A stretch of 56,943 bases of DNA, filler included, from Acidimicrobiia bacterium (lineage in GTDB: Bacteria > Actinomycetota > Acidimicrobiia > Spongiisociales > JAHEDJ01), in NCBI GenBank assembly GCA_029210695.1. It is 2 parts of 2 records of this genome, joined end to end, with 100 filler letters (N's around TTAATTAATTAA, not from the genome) between each part and the next. Parts side by side here need not be neighbours in the genome. Positions count along the whole stretch, not along the records: positions 28,843 to 56,943 come from JARGFH010000049.1; 1 more part is not named here. One strand, 5' to 3'. Shown here in pieces: positions 30,332 through 40,147 of the stretch. How positions within the stretch are numbered: position 1 is the first letter of the stretch; each line of letters begins with the position of its first letter. The notes beneath the pieces were generated by a model. That model had not been told where the DNA came from. It saw only the letters and a program-made list of their open reading frames with translations, and did not search any database. A program made the position numbers and the translations under genes.

Positions 30332-31504
30332 ATGATCGACATCGACGCCGTTCGGGCGGACACTCCGGCCTGCGGGCTCGTCCTGCATCTCAACAACGCC
30401 GGGGCGTCACTTCCTCCCCGCCCGGTGGTCGACGCCCAGATCGACTACCTGATGCACGAATCCATGACCGGTGGTTACGAGCTGACCGATCAACGTCAAG
30501 GCCAGATTGCGGCCGTCTACGAATCGATTGCCGGGCTCCTCGGATGCACCGGTGGCGAGATCGCCTTGATGGGAAACGCCACTGAGGCCTGGAACGCGGC
30601 TTTCGCCGCCATCGAATTCCAACCAGGTGATCGGATCCTCACCGCCGAGGCCGAATACGCAAGCAATCTGATCAACTTCATCAAGGCCGGCCGCACGCAG
30701 GGGGCAGTCGTCGAAGTAGTGCCTTCGACCGAGCAAGGGGAACTGTCGATCCCGGCCCTCGAGTCGATGATGGACGACCGGGTGAAACTGATCGCGGTCA
30801 GCCACATCCCGACCAACGGCGGTCTCGTGAATCCGGCGGAGGCGATCGGAGAAGTCGCCAGATCGGCCGGCGTGACCTACCTGCTCGACGCTTGCCAGTC
30901 GGTTGGCCAACTCGACCTCGATGTCGATGAGCTCGGCTGCGACCTGCTGACGGCCACCGGACGGAAGTACCTGCGCGGTCCCCGTGGCACCGGCTTTCTC
31001 TACGTGCGCAACGGCTGGACCAACGAGCCCCAGATGCTTGATCTTCATTCGGCGCGCTGGACCGGACCCAACTCGTACGATGTTCTACCGGATGCCCGGC
31101 GCTTCGAAACGTGGGAGTTCGGGTACGCCTCGCTGGTCGGCCTGGGCGCGGCGGTCGACTATGCGCTCGACCTCGGCCTCGCTGCGATCGAGCAGCGAGT
31201 CGTCGACCTGGCGGACCAACTGCGCCGGCGCCTCGCTGCCATGCCGGGGGTGAACTTGACCGACCTGGGTTTGCGCAAGTGCGGCATCGTGACGTTCACG
31301 GTCGACGGTTTTGCGGCCGGCGAGATTGTCGCAGCGATGCACGAGGTACAGATCAACCTCTCGGTCTCCGGACCGTCATCCACTCCGGTCGATGCCGGAC
31401 GGCGGCACCTTTCCGACCTCGTTCGGGCGTCCGTCCACTACTTCAACACCACCGACGAGCTAGACCGGTTCATGGTCTCGCTCGAATCTCTGGGACGAAG
31501 CTGA
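30332..31504 (+). CDS. Class V PLP-dependent aminotransferase / cysteine desulfurase-like protein
   Basis: HLNNAGA, DACQSVGQ, TGRKYLRGPRGTG, VRASVHYFNT. Confidence 0.9.
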   Translation: MIDIDAVRADTPACGLVLHLNNAGASLPPRPVVDAQIDYLMHESMTGGYELTDQRQGQIAAVYESIAGLLGCTGGEIALMGNATEAWNAAFAAIEFQPGDRILTAEAEYASNLINFIKAGRTQGAVVEVVPSTEQGELSIPALESMMDDRVKLIAVSHIPTNGGLVNPAEAIGEVARSAGVTYLLDACQSVGQLDLDVDELGCDLLTATGRKYLRGPRGTGFLYVRNGWTNEPQMLDLHSARWTGPNSYDVLPDARRFETWEFGYASLVGLGAAVDYALDLGLAAIEQRVVDLADQLRRRLAAMPGVNLTDLGLRKCGIVTFTVDGFAAGEIVAAMHEVQINLSVSGPSSTPVDAGRRHLSDLVRASVHYFNTTDELDRFMVSLESLGRS

Positions 31505-31522
31505 ATCGTCTCGTTGCTTCCC

Positions 31523-32476
31523 TCACACGGTGAGCACGATCTTGCCGACCGTGTGCCCGGTTTCGTAGTGGCGATGCGCTTCTGCGACGTCCTCGAGGGG
31601 GAGCGTCCGCTCGACTACCGATCTCAGCAAGCCCTCGACGAACAGGTCGCGAAGTGTTGCGAGGTCTTCTCGGGGGTCGCCGGAAGCAATCATCGTGTGG
31701 GCTCTCCGGCCGGAGCGTCGCAGCGGGTTCAACGCCATGGCGGCCAGAACTCTCGGCCCGAGCACCGTGTTTGAGTAGATCCCGCCGGGCCGAAGCGCCT
31801 TCTTGTAGGCGCCGAATGAACCGGCAGCCGCTGCATCAAAGATCACGTCGTAGGCCTCTGGCGCCTTGGTCGGGTCGTCTCGCGTGTAGTCGATGACCGC
31901 TTTGGCGCAGAGGGAGTGGACCAGGTCGGCATTGTGTGTGCTGCAGACGCCGGTCACCTCGGCGCCGTAGTGGGCGGCAAGTTGTACAGCGAAGGTGCCC
32001 AGTCCGCCAGACGCTCCGACGATCAGCACGCGCCCGGCCTCGAGGCCACCGATCTTGCGCAGGAACAGCAGAGACGAAAGACCTGCGAACGAGAAGGCTG
32101 CCGCCTCTGCGAAGCCGATGGTGGGTGGGATCATCACGATGTTCTTGGCTTCGACACAGAGATACTCGGCGTAGGCGCCCGCATCGAATCCTGTGATACC
32201 CACGACACGGTCGCCGACGACGACGTCCTCCACGCCATCACCCACGTCTGCTACCTCGCCGGCCATATCGGTTCCGAGGATCGTTCGTGTCGGTCGCAGG
32301 ACTCCCGAGAAGGCCCGACCTTTCAACGCTCCGCTTCGAAAGACAACGTCCATCGGGTTGACCGACGTGGCCCGAACACGAAGCTTGATCTCGCCCGGCG
32401 CAGGGACGGGTTCGGGGACCTCAACGATCTTCATCACCTCGGGCGGTCCAAACCGTTCATAGGCGACTGCGCGCAT
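31523..32476 (-). CDS. NAD(P)-dependent MDR oxidoreductase (quinone reductase-like)
   Basis: SVNPMD, LGTDMAG, GASGGLGTFAVQLA, IDYT, GKIVL. Confidence 0.9.
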   Translation of the reverse strand: MRAVAYERFGPPEVMKIVEVPEPVPAPGEIKLRVRATSVNPMDVVFRSGALKGRAFSGVLRPTRTILGTDMAGEVADVGDGVEDVVVGDRVVGITGFDAGAYAEYLCVEAKNIVMIPPTIGFAEAAAFSFAGLSSLLFLRKIGGLEAGRVLIVGASGGLGTFAVQLAAHYGAEVTGVCSTHNADLVHSLCAKAVIDYTRDDPTKAPEAYDVIFDAAAAGSFGAYKKALRPGGIYSNTVLGPRVLAAMALNPLRRSGRRAHTMIASGDPREDLATLRDLFVEGLLRSVVERTLPLEDVAEAHRHYETGHTVGKIVLTV

Positions 32477-32714
32477 TGGAGTTACCTCCCTCTCAGGTCA
32501 GGCCTTGGATGACCTCGGCCGGCACCGTTCAGCCGGTCCCTCCGAGTTCGCGTCCGTTCTCGACCATGAACCCTCCGCGGCTCGACACAACCAGTCTGTA
32601 GAAGGGATTCGGCCCGTGGTAGAGCCGAACGCCCCCAATGGCCGCCCACTTCAACACTCCTGCACCGACACGAGGGCGCTTTTCCGCCGGGCCAATCGAC
32701 GCAATAACCCGGCG

Positions 32715-35243
32715 CTAGGCGTCGATGGGCTCCCGCGCTTCGACGATGTATACGCGCTCCACCGGTTCCTCCCCCCGCCGCTGATGCCAGCGGTCCCACA
32801 GCACCAGCAAGCTCGGCAGAACGATGACGGATCCGAGCAGTGCGAAGCTGATGGCGTAGACCGTGACTATCCCGAACTGCTGGAACGCGGTGAGCGAAGA
32901 GGTGATCAGAACCGCGAATCCGGCGATAGTGGTCAGCGCCGACCCGACGAGGGCGCCGCCGGTGTGGCCGGCGGTCGAACGCATCGCGTCGGCCGGGTCG
33001 TCGAAGCGCTGCCGATCCTCCAGGTACCGGTGCGTGATGTGAATCGTGTACGGAACGCCGATTCCGATCGCCAGTGCGGCGGTGGTGGCGGTAACCGGAC
33101 CGAATGGAATCCCGCTCGCCGCCATCATCCCGTAGGTCCACAAAACGACGACGACGACGGGGGCGATGGTGATCACGCCGAGCATCGGCCGGCGGCATTC
33201 GAACCAGAACCCCGCCGTCAGCAGCGCCATCGCGGCAATCAGCGTGATGGCCAGCGAGGAAATCTGTGACGAATTGAGAGCGTCGATGACCACGGTGACG
33301 ACGATGTGCTCGTTGGTTACGACGGCGGTTACTCCGTCGAGTGCTGCAAGGGATCCGAAGTCGTCGGACAGCGCCACGTCCAGGTCTCTTGCGAAGTCTT
33401 CACCGGCAGTCGTGGAGATCGCCACTCTGACCGCGGGCGGTTCGCCCGCGGAGACAACCTGAGCCATGCCATCCGGATCTTGGGCCGCCGCAGCCGAGTA
33501 GATCGCGGCAACATCCGCGTCGGCGCGCACAGTCAAGGCCGGTTCGAGGCCGAGCTCGGTGGCATCACCTGCGAACCCGGACGTTCCCATCAGGCTCGCG
33601 AGTACCGATACCGGACTCAGCGCGGCTACCCGGTCGCCCTGTCGCACTACGTGCTCGTCGTCCTCCAATCCCGCCAGCGCAGCCACCAGCGCGTTGTGAG
33701 CCTCCGGAGTGAGTACTTCTCCCTCGATGAGCACGTCAGACACTTCCCCAAGGCCGGATTCGTAGCTCTCCCTGAGTGTGGCGTAGGTCTGCAGAATCGG
33801 AGCATCCTCCGGGATGAAGGCGGCCGAACTGAACTCGGTGTCGAGGTTCATCAGGCCGTAGATTCCCGCTCCTGCCAGCAACGCCGTCGTGGCGAGCACG
33901 ACGATGGGATGCCGCTCGGCCAACACCGCCGTGGCCGCGGAGCCCCGGGTTATCCAGCGTCGTTCCTGGCCGACGAGGCGGGTAGCCGGGAGCGTTCCTT
34001 TTCGCTCGGCCCGCCGATCGAGCAAGAGTCGAACGGAAGGAACGAACGTGAGCATTATCAGGAACGCCGAGGCGATTCCAACCGCGGCCATGATGCCGAA
34101 GTCACGCAGCGCCGGAACCGGGTTTACGACGTTGGTCAGGAACCCGATCGACGTGGTCAGGGTGGCGAGGACGAGAGCGATGCCGACCGTTGCGGTAGCT
34201 CGACCAGCCGCCCCCGAAACGCTTCGGCCGCTCCCGATCTCGCCGCGGTAGCGGGCGGTCAGATGAACGGCGTAGTCGACCCCCAGCCCCACGAGCAGGA
34301 TCGGCAGAGCCTGGAGCAACTCGCTCGATCTGCCGATCAACCCGAGGTAGCGAGGGCCGAGCAGAACGCCCGCTCCCATCATCCAGGCGATCGCCATGCC
34401 GATGCCCGTCAACGCCAGGGCGATGTCGGCCACAGTCCTGCGTATCGCGCCGCCGATCCCTGCCGGTGTAGCCGGACGCACCCAGAACACAATGGCGAGG
34501 ATGCCCATGATGACCACCGTCGCCAGCAGGAAGAGCCCAGGAACCTCATCGCGAAAGGTCGTGTCCGAAAACAACAGCTCGAAGCTGAAAGCCGACAGGC
34601 TGACTGCGCCGTCGGTGGCTCCTTCGACGGCGGCGGCCGCGCTGCGGAGGATCTCTTCCAGCTCTTCGTACGAGTCCAAACTCGACGTATCGAGGAATAC
34701 GACCATTAGCCCCGATTCGACCGGGCCGCCTATCGGACCATCAACCGAGAAGGGGAGCATGGCGCGGACCTGTTCAACCTCCTCGGACGACATCTGTCCA
34801 AGTGCCAGCCGGTACATCTGTTGAACGGTGGCGTCGTCGGCCGTGTCGATAGGCGTCCCCAGGAACTCCATTGCCCGGATGGCCGGTGTCAGGTAGGAGA
34901 CGATCGGCCCGGCCGGTCGATCGGCTAGATAGGGGGCCGCTGTACTCGCCTGAAGCCGGTCCTCGGCGGACACGACGGCACGCAGTGCATTCGCCGTCAT
35001 CACGTCGCCGGTGTCGGATCCAATGAGTACCTGCAGCGTCCGGCTCGTGGATGCGAAGCGATTCTGTACGTCCAGCAGCGCTGTGTACTCGGGGGCGTCG
35101 GGAGCGAAGCTCTCGATGGTCGGTGCGACTTCGTCCTGGGGGATGAAAGCGGCGAGTGCGGCTGTGATGGCGATGCCGACGACTACGACCACAATCGGGG
35201 CGCGCCGGATTGCGGCTGAGAGAAAGCGGATCAGGGATGTCAA
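32715..35243 (-). CDS. MMPL/RND-family transporter
   Basis: Two repeats with GLGVDYAVH and GIGVPYTIH, LTTSIGF and LTTIAGF; TTG start chosen from the RBS. Confidence 0.88.
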   Translation of the reverse strand: MTSLIRFLSAAIRRAPIVVVVVGIAITAALAAFIPQDEVAPTIESFAPDAPEYTALLDVQNRFASTSRTLQVLIGSDTGDVMTANALRAVVSAEDRLQASTAAPYLADRPAGPIVSYLTPAIRAMEFLGTPIDTADDATVQQMYRLALGQMSSEEVEQVRAMLPFSVDGPIGGPVESGLMVVFLDTSSLDSYEELEEILRSAAAAVEGATDGAVSLSAFSFELLFSDTTFRDEVPGLFLLATVVIMGILAIVFWVRPATPAGIGGAIRRTVADIALALTGIGMAIAWMMGAGVLLGPRYLGLIGRSSELLQALPILLVGLGVDYAVHLTARYRGEIGSGRSVSGAAGRATATVGIALVLATLTTSIGFLTNVVNPVPALRDFGIMAAVGIASAFLIMLTFVPSVRLLLDRRAERKGTLPATRLVGQERRWITRGSAATAVLAERHPIVVLATTALLAGAGIYGLMNLDTEFSSAAFIPEDAPILQTYATLRESYESGLGEVSDVLIEGEVLTPEAHNALVAALAGLEDDEHVVRQGDRVAALSPVSVLASLMGTSGFAGDATELGLEPALTVRADADVAAIYSAAAAQDPDGMAQVVSAGEPPAVRVAISTTAGEDFARDLDVALSDDFGSLAALDGVTAVVTNEHIVVTVVIDALNSSQISSLAITLIAAMALLTAGFWFECRRPMLGVITIAPVVVVVLWTYGMMAASGIPFGPVTATTAALAIGIGVPYTIHITHRYLEDRQRFDDPADAMRSTAGHTGGALVGSALTTIAGFAVLITSSLTAFQQFGIVTVYAISFALLGSVIVLPSLLVLWDRWHQRRGEEPVERVYIVEAREPIDA

Positions 35244-35281
35244 TGCATGCTCCCGATGTCCAACTAGACGAGCTGCAGGTC

Positions 35282-35317
35282 TTGTCAACTGATACAAGCT
35301 ACGTTATATTTGTATCA
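35282..35317 (+). promoter_or_regulatory. Sigma70-like leaderless promoter with an overlapping TetR-type operator
   Basis: TTGTCA-N17-TATATT ending 6 nt before the ATG; inverted repeat TGATACAA-N12-TTGTATCA at 35290-35317. Confidence 0.75.
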
Positions 35318-35919
35318 TGAATTATGAGGCTCTGTCAACCGGCGATCGGATCCTTCAGGCGGCCATCCAATTGTTCGTCGATCACGGAGTCCGTCGGACA
35401 TCGATGGATGAAGTGGCGAGTCGATCGGGAGTTTCGCGAGTGACTCTCTATCGTTACTTCGCCGACCGCGAAGCGCTGGTCCGGGCGGCTTTCTTCGCTC
35501 CAATCGAGGCGCTCGAGTTGCTCCAATCAGAGCTCGAGGGTGAGGACGGCCTGACGGTTGAGCAGGTCTTAGTAGCCGTCGGTATGCGCATAGCCGACCA
35601 ACCCGCCATCGATCTGCCGGTTCATCGAGACGAACTCGAGAAGCTCTACCCGCGACTGGCGGCAGAGTACGCCCAGCACCGGGACGCCGTCGCCCATCGC
35701 CTCATCTCGCTGGTCTTCGACACCGCCGAGCAGTCGGGCCGGTTGCGCGCCGGGGTTCGGAAAGATCTCGTCGAGGGAGTGATGTGGGACCTGCTGGTCA
35801 ACCCTCTTTCGATTCCCGCCGTAAGGGACTCCGGGATCAGAGCGCGCGAATTATATGCGGCCCTGATCGACGTCCTTCTGTACGGGATGCTCACAGACGA
35901 CGGGGGACCAGAGGGTTGA
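35317..35919 (+). CDS. TetR/AcrR-family regulator
   Basis: RILQAAIQLF..TSMDEVASRSGVSRVTLYRYF; divergent from the MMPL gene. Confidence 0.93.
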   Translation: MNYEALSTGDRILQAAIQLFVDHGVRRTSMDEVASRSGVSRVTLYRYFADREALVRAAFFAPIEALELLQSELEGEDGLTVEQVLVAVGMRIADQPAIDLPVHRDELEKLYPRLAAEYAQHRDAVAHRLISLVFDTAEQSGRLRAGVRKDLVEGVMWDLLVNPLSIPAVRDSGIRARELYAALIDVLLYGMLTDDGGPEG

Positions 35920-36000
35920 TCGTCGTACCGGAGATGGCAGCATGCAGCCGTTGGTTGCGAGGTGCGAGATTCTGTCACGATGGACCTGTATCGTTTCAGC

Positions 36001-37581
36001 GTGATGACAGAGCAATCGGGACCTGAATCCAGCCGAGACACTCGAGGCACCGCCACGTCGGCATTCGGAGTTGGCCGCCGTGAGAATCATGACGCCTCAG
36101 CGTTCTACGCCCGGTTCGGCCCTCCCGAACTCTCCGAAGATGACAGGTTGTGTCCACTGCCGGTGGATCTGCCGGACCCTCCCTGCATCGTTGGCGACGC
36201 CCGCTCAATGGCCGAGGTCCCCGACCGGTCGGTGGCGCTGGTGGTCACGTCGCCGCCCTACTTCGTCGGGAAGGAATACGAGCAGGCGATCACCGGACCA
36301 GCAGAGGCGGTGGGCCCGCAGGTTCCCAAGTCGTATGTCGAGTACCTGGAAATGCTGCGCGACGTCTTCGCGGAGTGCAAGCGCACGCTCGAACCCGGCG
36401 GCCGGATCGCGGTCAACGTGGCCAATCTCGGCCGTAAGCCCTATCGGAGCCTGTCCTCCGATGTGATTCGCATCCTGCAGGACGATCTGGGTTTGCTGCT
36501 GCGCGGTGAGATCATCTGGCAGAAGGCCGAGGGAGCATCCGGATCGGTCGCCTGGGGGTCCTTCAACAAGGCCACCAACCCAGTCTTGCGCGACGTCACC
36601 GAGCGAGTCATAGTCGCCTCCAAGGGGAGATTCGATCGGGCGCGATCACGCCAACAGAGAGAGAGGGACGGCTTCCCCTTCGAAAACACCATGCCGGTCG
36701 ACGAGTTCATGGAAGCGACTCTCGATGTATGGAGAATCGACGCCGAGAGCGCCCGCCGGGTCCAGCATCCCGCCCCCTTCCCCGTCGACCTTCCGCGCCG
36801 TCTCATTGAGTTGTACACATTCGAGGACGATCTCATCCTCGACCCATTCCTCGGGTCGGGAACGACGCTCGTGGCCGCCGCCCGGACCGGTCGGCGGGGG
36901 GTCGGCTACGACCTGGATCCGGACTACATCGAGACCGCCAAGGCTCGCTACCGCGCTGAGAAGAAGCGCTACCGGAAACAACGAGAGCATGAGAGCGCCC
37001 ACCAGGAGCGTTTCGCGCTCGACTTGCCGCCGGAAGCCACTGCCGAGGAGCGGGCAGACCACTTCCAGCGCCGGGCGAGCCGGGAAGGCAAGAAGGCTCA
37101 GGACCTCGCCCGTCAGGTACTGGAAGAGGTGGGGTTCCAGGTCATCGATGAGGCGTACAAGCTGCCGAAATCGGGAGTTCAGTTCAATTTCCGGGTGGTG
37201 GATGCCAAGGGAGATCGGGAGTTCCTGGTCGACGTGTCCGGTGCCTTCACGACAGCCAGGCCGGGGCTGTTGCGCACCGACACGCTGTGGAAGACGCTGG
37301 GCCGGGCGCACGTCCTCAAGTCGCTCGACGAACAGGCCCGTCTGTTGATCGTGACGTCGAACCTCCCGCGGCCGGGCAGCGATGGAGACCGAGCCCTGCA
37401 CGCGGTAGGTCCCGGCAATGTATGGGACGCCATCGAGATGTTCGACAGTGAGGGAGTCAACCGGTTGGAACAATATGCACAGGGGCAACTCGAGCAACTC
37501 CCCGGGTTCTGGAGCGATGCCGAACTGGCGGCCCGTCGCGATGAGCAACTCGCCCGGTACTACGACGTCGAAGACGAATGA
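36001..37581 (+). CDS. Beta-class amino-DNA methyltransferase (SPPY, likely m4C) with a C-terminal PD-(D/E)XK-like domain
   Basis: VVTSPPYF precedes HPAPFP and DPFLGSGTT; C-terminal about 165 aa has a nuclease-like pattern; -10 TATCGT lies 6 nt before GTG 36001. Confidence 0.88.
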   Translation: MMTEQSGPESSRDTRGTATSAFGVGRRENHDASAFYARFGPPELSEDDRLCPLPVDLPDPPCIVGDARSMAEVPDRSVALVVTSPPYFVGKEYEQAITGPAEAVGPQVPKSYVEYLEMLRDVFAECKRTLEPGGRIAVNVANLGRKPYRSLSSDVIRILQDDLGLLLRGEIIWQKAEGASGSVAWGSFNKATNPVLRDVTERVIVASKGRFDRARSRQQRERDGFPFENTMPVDEFMEATLDVWRIDAESARRVQHPAPFPVDLPRRLIELYTFEDDLILDPFLGSGTTLVAAARTGRRGVGYDLDPDYIETAKARYRAEKKRYRKQREHESAHQERFALDLPPEATAEERADHFQRRASREGKKAQDLARQVLEEVGFQVIDEAYKLPKSGVQFNFRVVDAKGDREFLVDVSGAFTTARPGLLRTDTLWKTLGRAHVLKSLDEQARLLIVTSNLPRPGSDGDRALHAVGPGNVWDAIEMFDSEGVNRLEQYAQGQLEQLPGFWSDAELAARRDEQLARYYDVEDE

Positions 37582-37898
37582 AGGGAGTCGCGTACGCGGT
37601 CGTACGTTTCGATCCCCCAGGGGTGTACCTGGCCGAAGACATCGAGGTGCTACAACGACTGCTGGCGCTCGACCTGGTCGCCGACACGGATCCGGCCCTG
37701 CTCACCAAGGAGGGCGCCGACGAACTGCGCAAGGCTCTCCTCGAAGAGCGTTGGGGTGACGCGGTGGTGACCTGGATGGCACTCTCTGGAGTCGCCGTAG
37801 ACGTATACACGTTTCTGCCGATCTATGGGAACGGCGAACTCCCCACCGAACTGATAGGCGCGCAGTTGCAGTTCAAGCGGCTGTTCCGGGACGCCTGA
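37578..37898 (+). CDS. Hypothetical protein (106 aa) coupled to the methyltransferase
   Basis: ATGA overlap with the MTase stop; coding-like composition; no motif recognised. Confidence 0.75.
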   Translation: MKGVAYAVVRFDPPGVYLAEDIEVLQRLLALDLVADTDPALLTKEGADELRKALLEERWGDAVVTWMALSGVAVDVYTFLPIYGNGELPTELIGAQLQFKRLFRDA

Positions 37899-37900
37899 CC

Positions 37901-38926
37901 GTGCCGGCGCTCCGCACAGAGATCACCGAGATCGTGACCGGACTGGGGATGTTCGGCTATCCAAATCTCGGGCATGCCATCGGTATGCGACCGCCCGCTC
38001 TGGCGAACGTCGATAGTGCGGTATACGACCGGCTGGCGGCAGCCTATCGGGCTGGTCTCCACCGCGACCTGTTCGCCACCGCCTGGAGGAACGGGGTCCG
38101 TTTTGCTGCGGCGAAGGAGGGTCTTCGGGGCCGACCGCCCTGGATCGTCGAGTGGAAAGGTGGCCACCGTCCGCCCGGTTATGAGGAGATACCCGCCGAC
38201 TTGCGGGTCGATCACGTGTATCTCGTTTCGTGCAAATACGGGTCCAACATTCTCACGAATTCGTCGCCGTTCACCCTGTTTGGCGGTGTCAGCGGTGAAG
38301 AGGACTGGTTCACGGCCGTTGCTCCCGATGCGTATCAGATCCTGTACGAGGAGTGTCGTCGCCTGGTGCCGGGTCGGTCGCTTCCGGAGCACGTGACCGA
38401 ACTGACCGCCGTGCACCGCCTGGCGTTGAAGAAGACTCTGCCGAGAATCCTGATCGGCAACGCCAGAGCGGCCTACCGGGAATTCGCAGCAGAGGCGGCG
38501 GCCGGATCATCACGGCGCTGGCACGCCAGCCTGGGCACGAAACTGCTTCGAGAGCAGATGATGTGGCGCCTTCTGCGCCTGCAATCGGCCCCCTACTTCG
38601 TGCTGGGGGAGTCGGCGGATGGTCATCCGCTTGCCTACCGCGTCCAGACCCCGTGGGATTTGCGGGCATCGACCGAGTTCGTCTCGTTCCGTCACTGGTC
38701 CGAGCAGGATCGGGGCCAGCCGATCGTGAGTTGGGAGGCAACCTATTCCGATCGCCTCTCCGGGGTTCAATCGTCCGTTGCCGGTCACATCGAGGTCAGA
38801 TGGAGCCACGGCAAGTTCGCTCAGGCACCTGAAGCGAAGGTCTATCTCGACACGCCTCATCACGCCGTAGCCGCCTATGTCCCGCTCGCCGATGCCGGTG
38901 ACGGAGAGCTCACGCTATTCGGCTGA
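37901..38926 (+). CDS. Hypothetical protein, putative divergent type II restriction endonuclease
   Basis: PADL..VSCK motif resembles the D..S-x-K variant of PD-(D/E)XK; begins 2 nt after the previous stop. Confidence 0.55.
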   Translation: MPALRTEITEIVTGLGMFGYPNLGHAIGMRPPALANVDSAVYDRLAAAYRAGLHRDLFATAWRNGVRFAAAKEGLRGRPPWIVEWKGGHRPPGYEEIPADLRVDHVYLVSCKYGSNILTNSSPFTLFGGVSGEEDWFTAVAPDAYQILYEECRRLVPGRSLPEHVTELTAVHRLALKKTLPRILIGNARAAYREFAAEAAAGSSRRWHASLGTKLLREQMMWRLLRLQSAPYFVLGESADGHPLAYRVQTPWDLRASTEFVSFRHWSEQDRGQPIVSWEATYSDRLSGVQSSVAGHIEVRWSHGKFAQAPEAKVYLDTPHHAVAAYVPLADAGDGELTLFG

Positions 38927-39043
38927 CCGAGCTCCGTCGCCGGCGCCGGCGGAGCGCCATCGAGAGGCGCCGGTCCACGATTCGTGGACCGTTCGAGCGT
39001 AGGCTGTGGGCGCCGTTCCGGCTGAGATGGGGTGTACGTACTG

Positions 39044-40147
39044 ATGATCGAGCTCTTCCACAGCACCGGCACGTCCCGCCCGGTCCGTGTCGAACCCGGA
39101 GTAGACCTGGCTGAAATCAGGCGCCGCCAGGGCTGGGTGTGGGTAGACGTTGTCGCTCCCGATCCCCGTGAGGTTTCTGCGCTGGCCACCGAGTTCGGTC
39201 TGGAAGCGCTGGACGTCGGCGATGTGCTCGACGCCACCGAATACCCGAATATCGAGGAACGAGCCGGGTATCTATTCGTCATTGCCCACTCGCCGTCGGT
39301 CGACCGGGAGCGGCTGCGGACCGTCGAAGTCGATGCGTTTCTGGGATCCGACTTCCTCATCACGGTCCGGCAAGAGCAACTGCCCGCCTTCGAGGCGGTC
39401 GCCGGATCTTTCGAGGCGAGTGCCGGGACGGGACCGGATGATTTCCTGGCGCTACTTCTGGATATCTTCGTGCACAGGATCCGGCTCCTCATCGACAATC
39501 TGGATGCCGAGGTCGATCGGCTCGAAGCGATGGCGATCATCGGTGATCCGAACGTCGTTCAGCAACTCCAGGGCTTGCGCCGGGACGTGGTCCGGCTGCG
39601 TCGTGTGCTGATTCCCCAGCGGGAAGTCCTGCGCGCAATGGCACGCTCGCTGCGGGGGTTCGTCGTTTCGGATTCAGCTCGCAGCACCCTCGACAGTTCA
39701 TTCGATGATTGTCAGCGTGCGCTTGAGGAACTCGACTCCGCGCGCCTGCTGCTGGCTTCCGCCCTCGACACCTACCGGGCGACCGTTGCCGAACGGATGA
39801 ACGAGGTCATGAAGGTGTTGACCGTCTTCTCCGCGATCGTTCTGCCTCTCGGGCTCTTGGCGGGCTTGTACGGCATGAACTTCGTCAACATGCCGGAACT
39901 CAGCTGGAAGTACGGGTACTTCGCGTTGCTCGGGGTGATGGGCTCGGTGGGACTCGGGCTGTGGATCTACTTCGCCAGACGCGGTTTCGTCGGCAGCCCC
40001 CGGGTTCCCCGACTCGACCGCGCCGTGGGGAGAGGCCTGGCATCCTTCGTCCACCTGACACTGGTTCCGGCTCGAACGGTTTGGAACGCGGTGTCCGGCC
40101 CCGAGGATTCAGATTCGGGCGACCACCGCGACGACGAAACGGGCTAG
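39044..40147 (+). CDS. corA: CorA-family Mg2+/Co2+ transporter
   Basis: WVWVD, MNEVMKVLT, YGMNF..MPEL.W.YGY. Confidence 0.92.
   Translation: MIELFHSTGTSRPVRVEPGVDLAEIRRRQGWVWVDVVAPDPREVSALATEFGLEALDVGDVLDATEYPNIEERAGYLFVIAHSPSVDRERLRTVEVDAFLGSDFLITVRQEQLPAFEAVAGSFEASAGTGPDDFLALLLDIFVHRIRLLIDNLDAEVDRLEAMAIIGDPNVVQQLQGLRRDVVRLRRVLIPQREVLRAMARSLRGFVVSDSARSTLDSSFDDCQRALEELDSARLLLASALDTYRATVAERMNEVMKVLTVFSAIVLPLGLLAGLYGMNFVNMPELSWKYGYFALLGVMGSVGLGLWIYFARRGFVGSPRVPRLDRAVGRGLASFVHLTLVPARTVWNAVSGPEDSDSGDHRDDETG

Noticed and set aside
33306..34709. 467-aa plus-strand ORF
   Set aside because: Arg-rich antisense frame of the MMPL gene.
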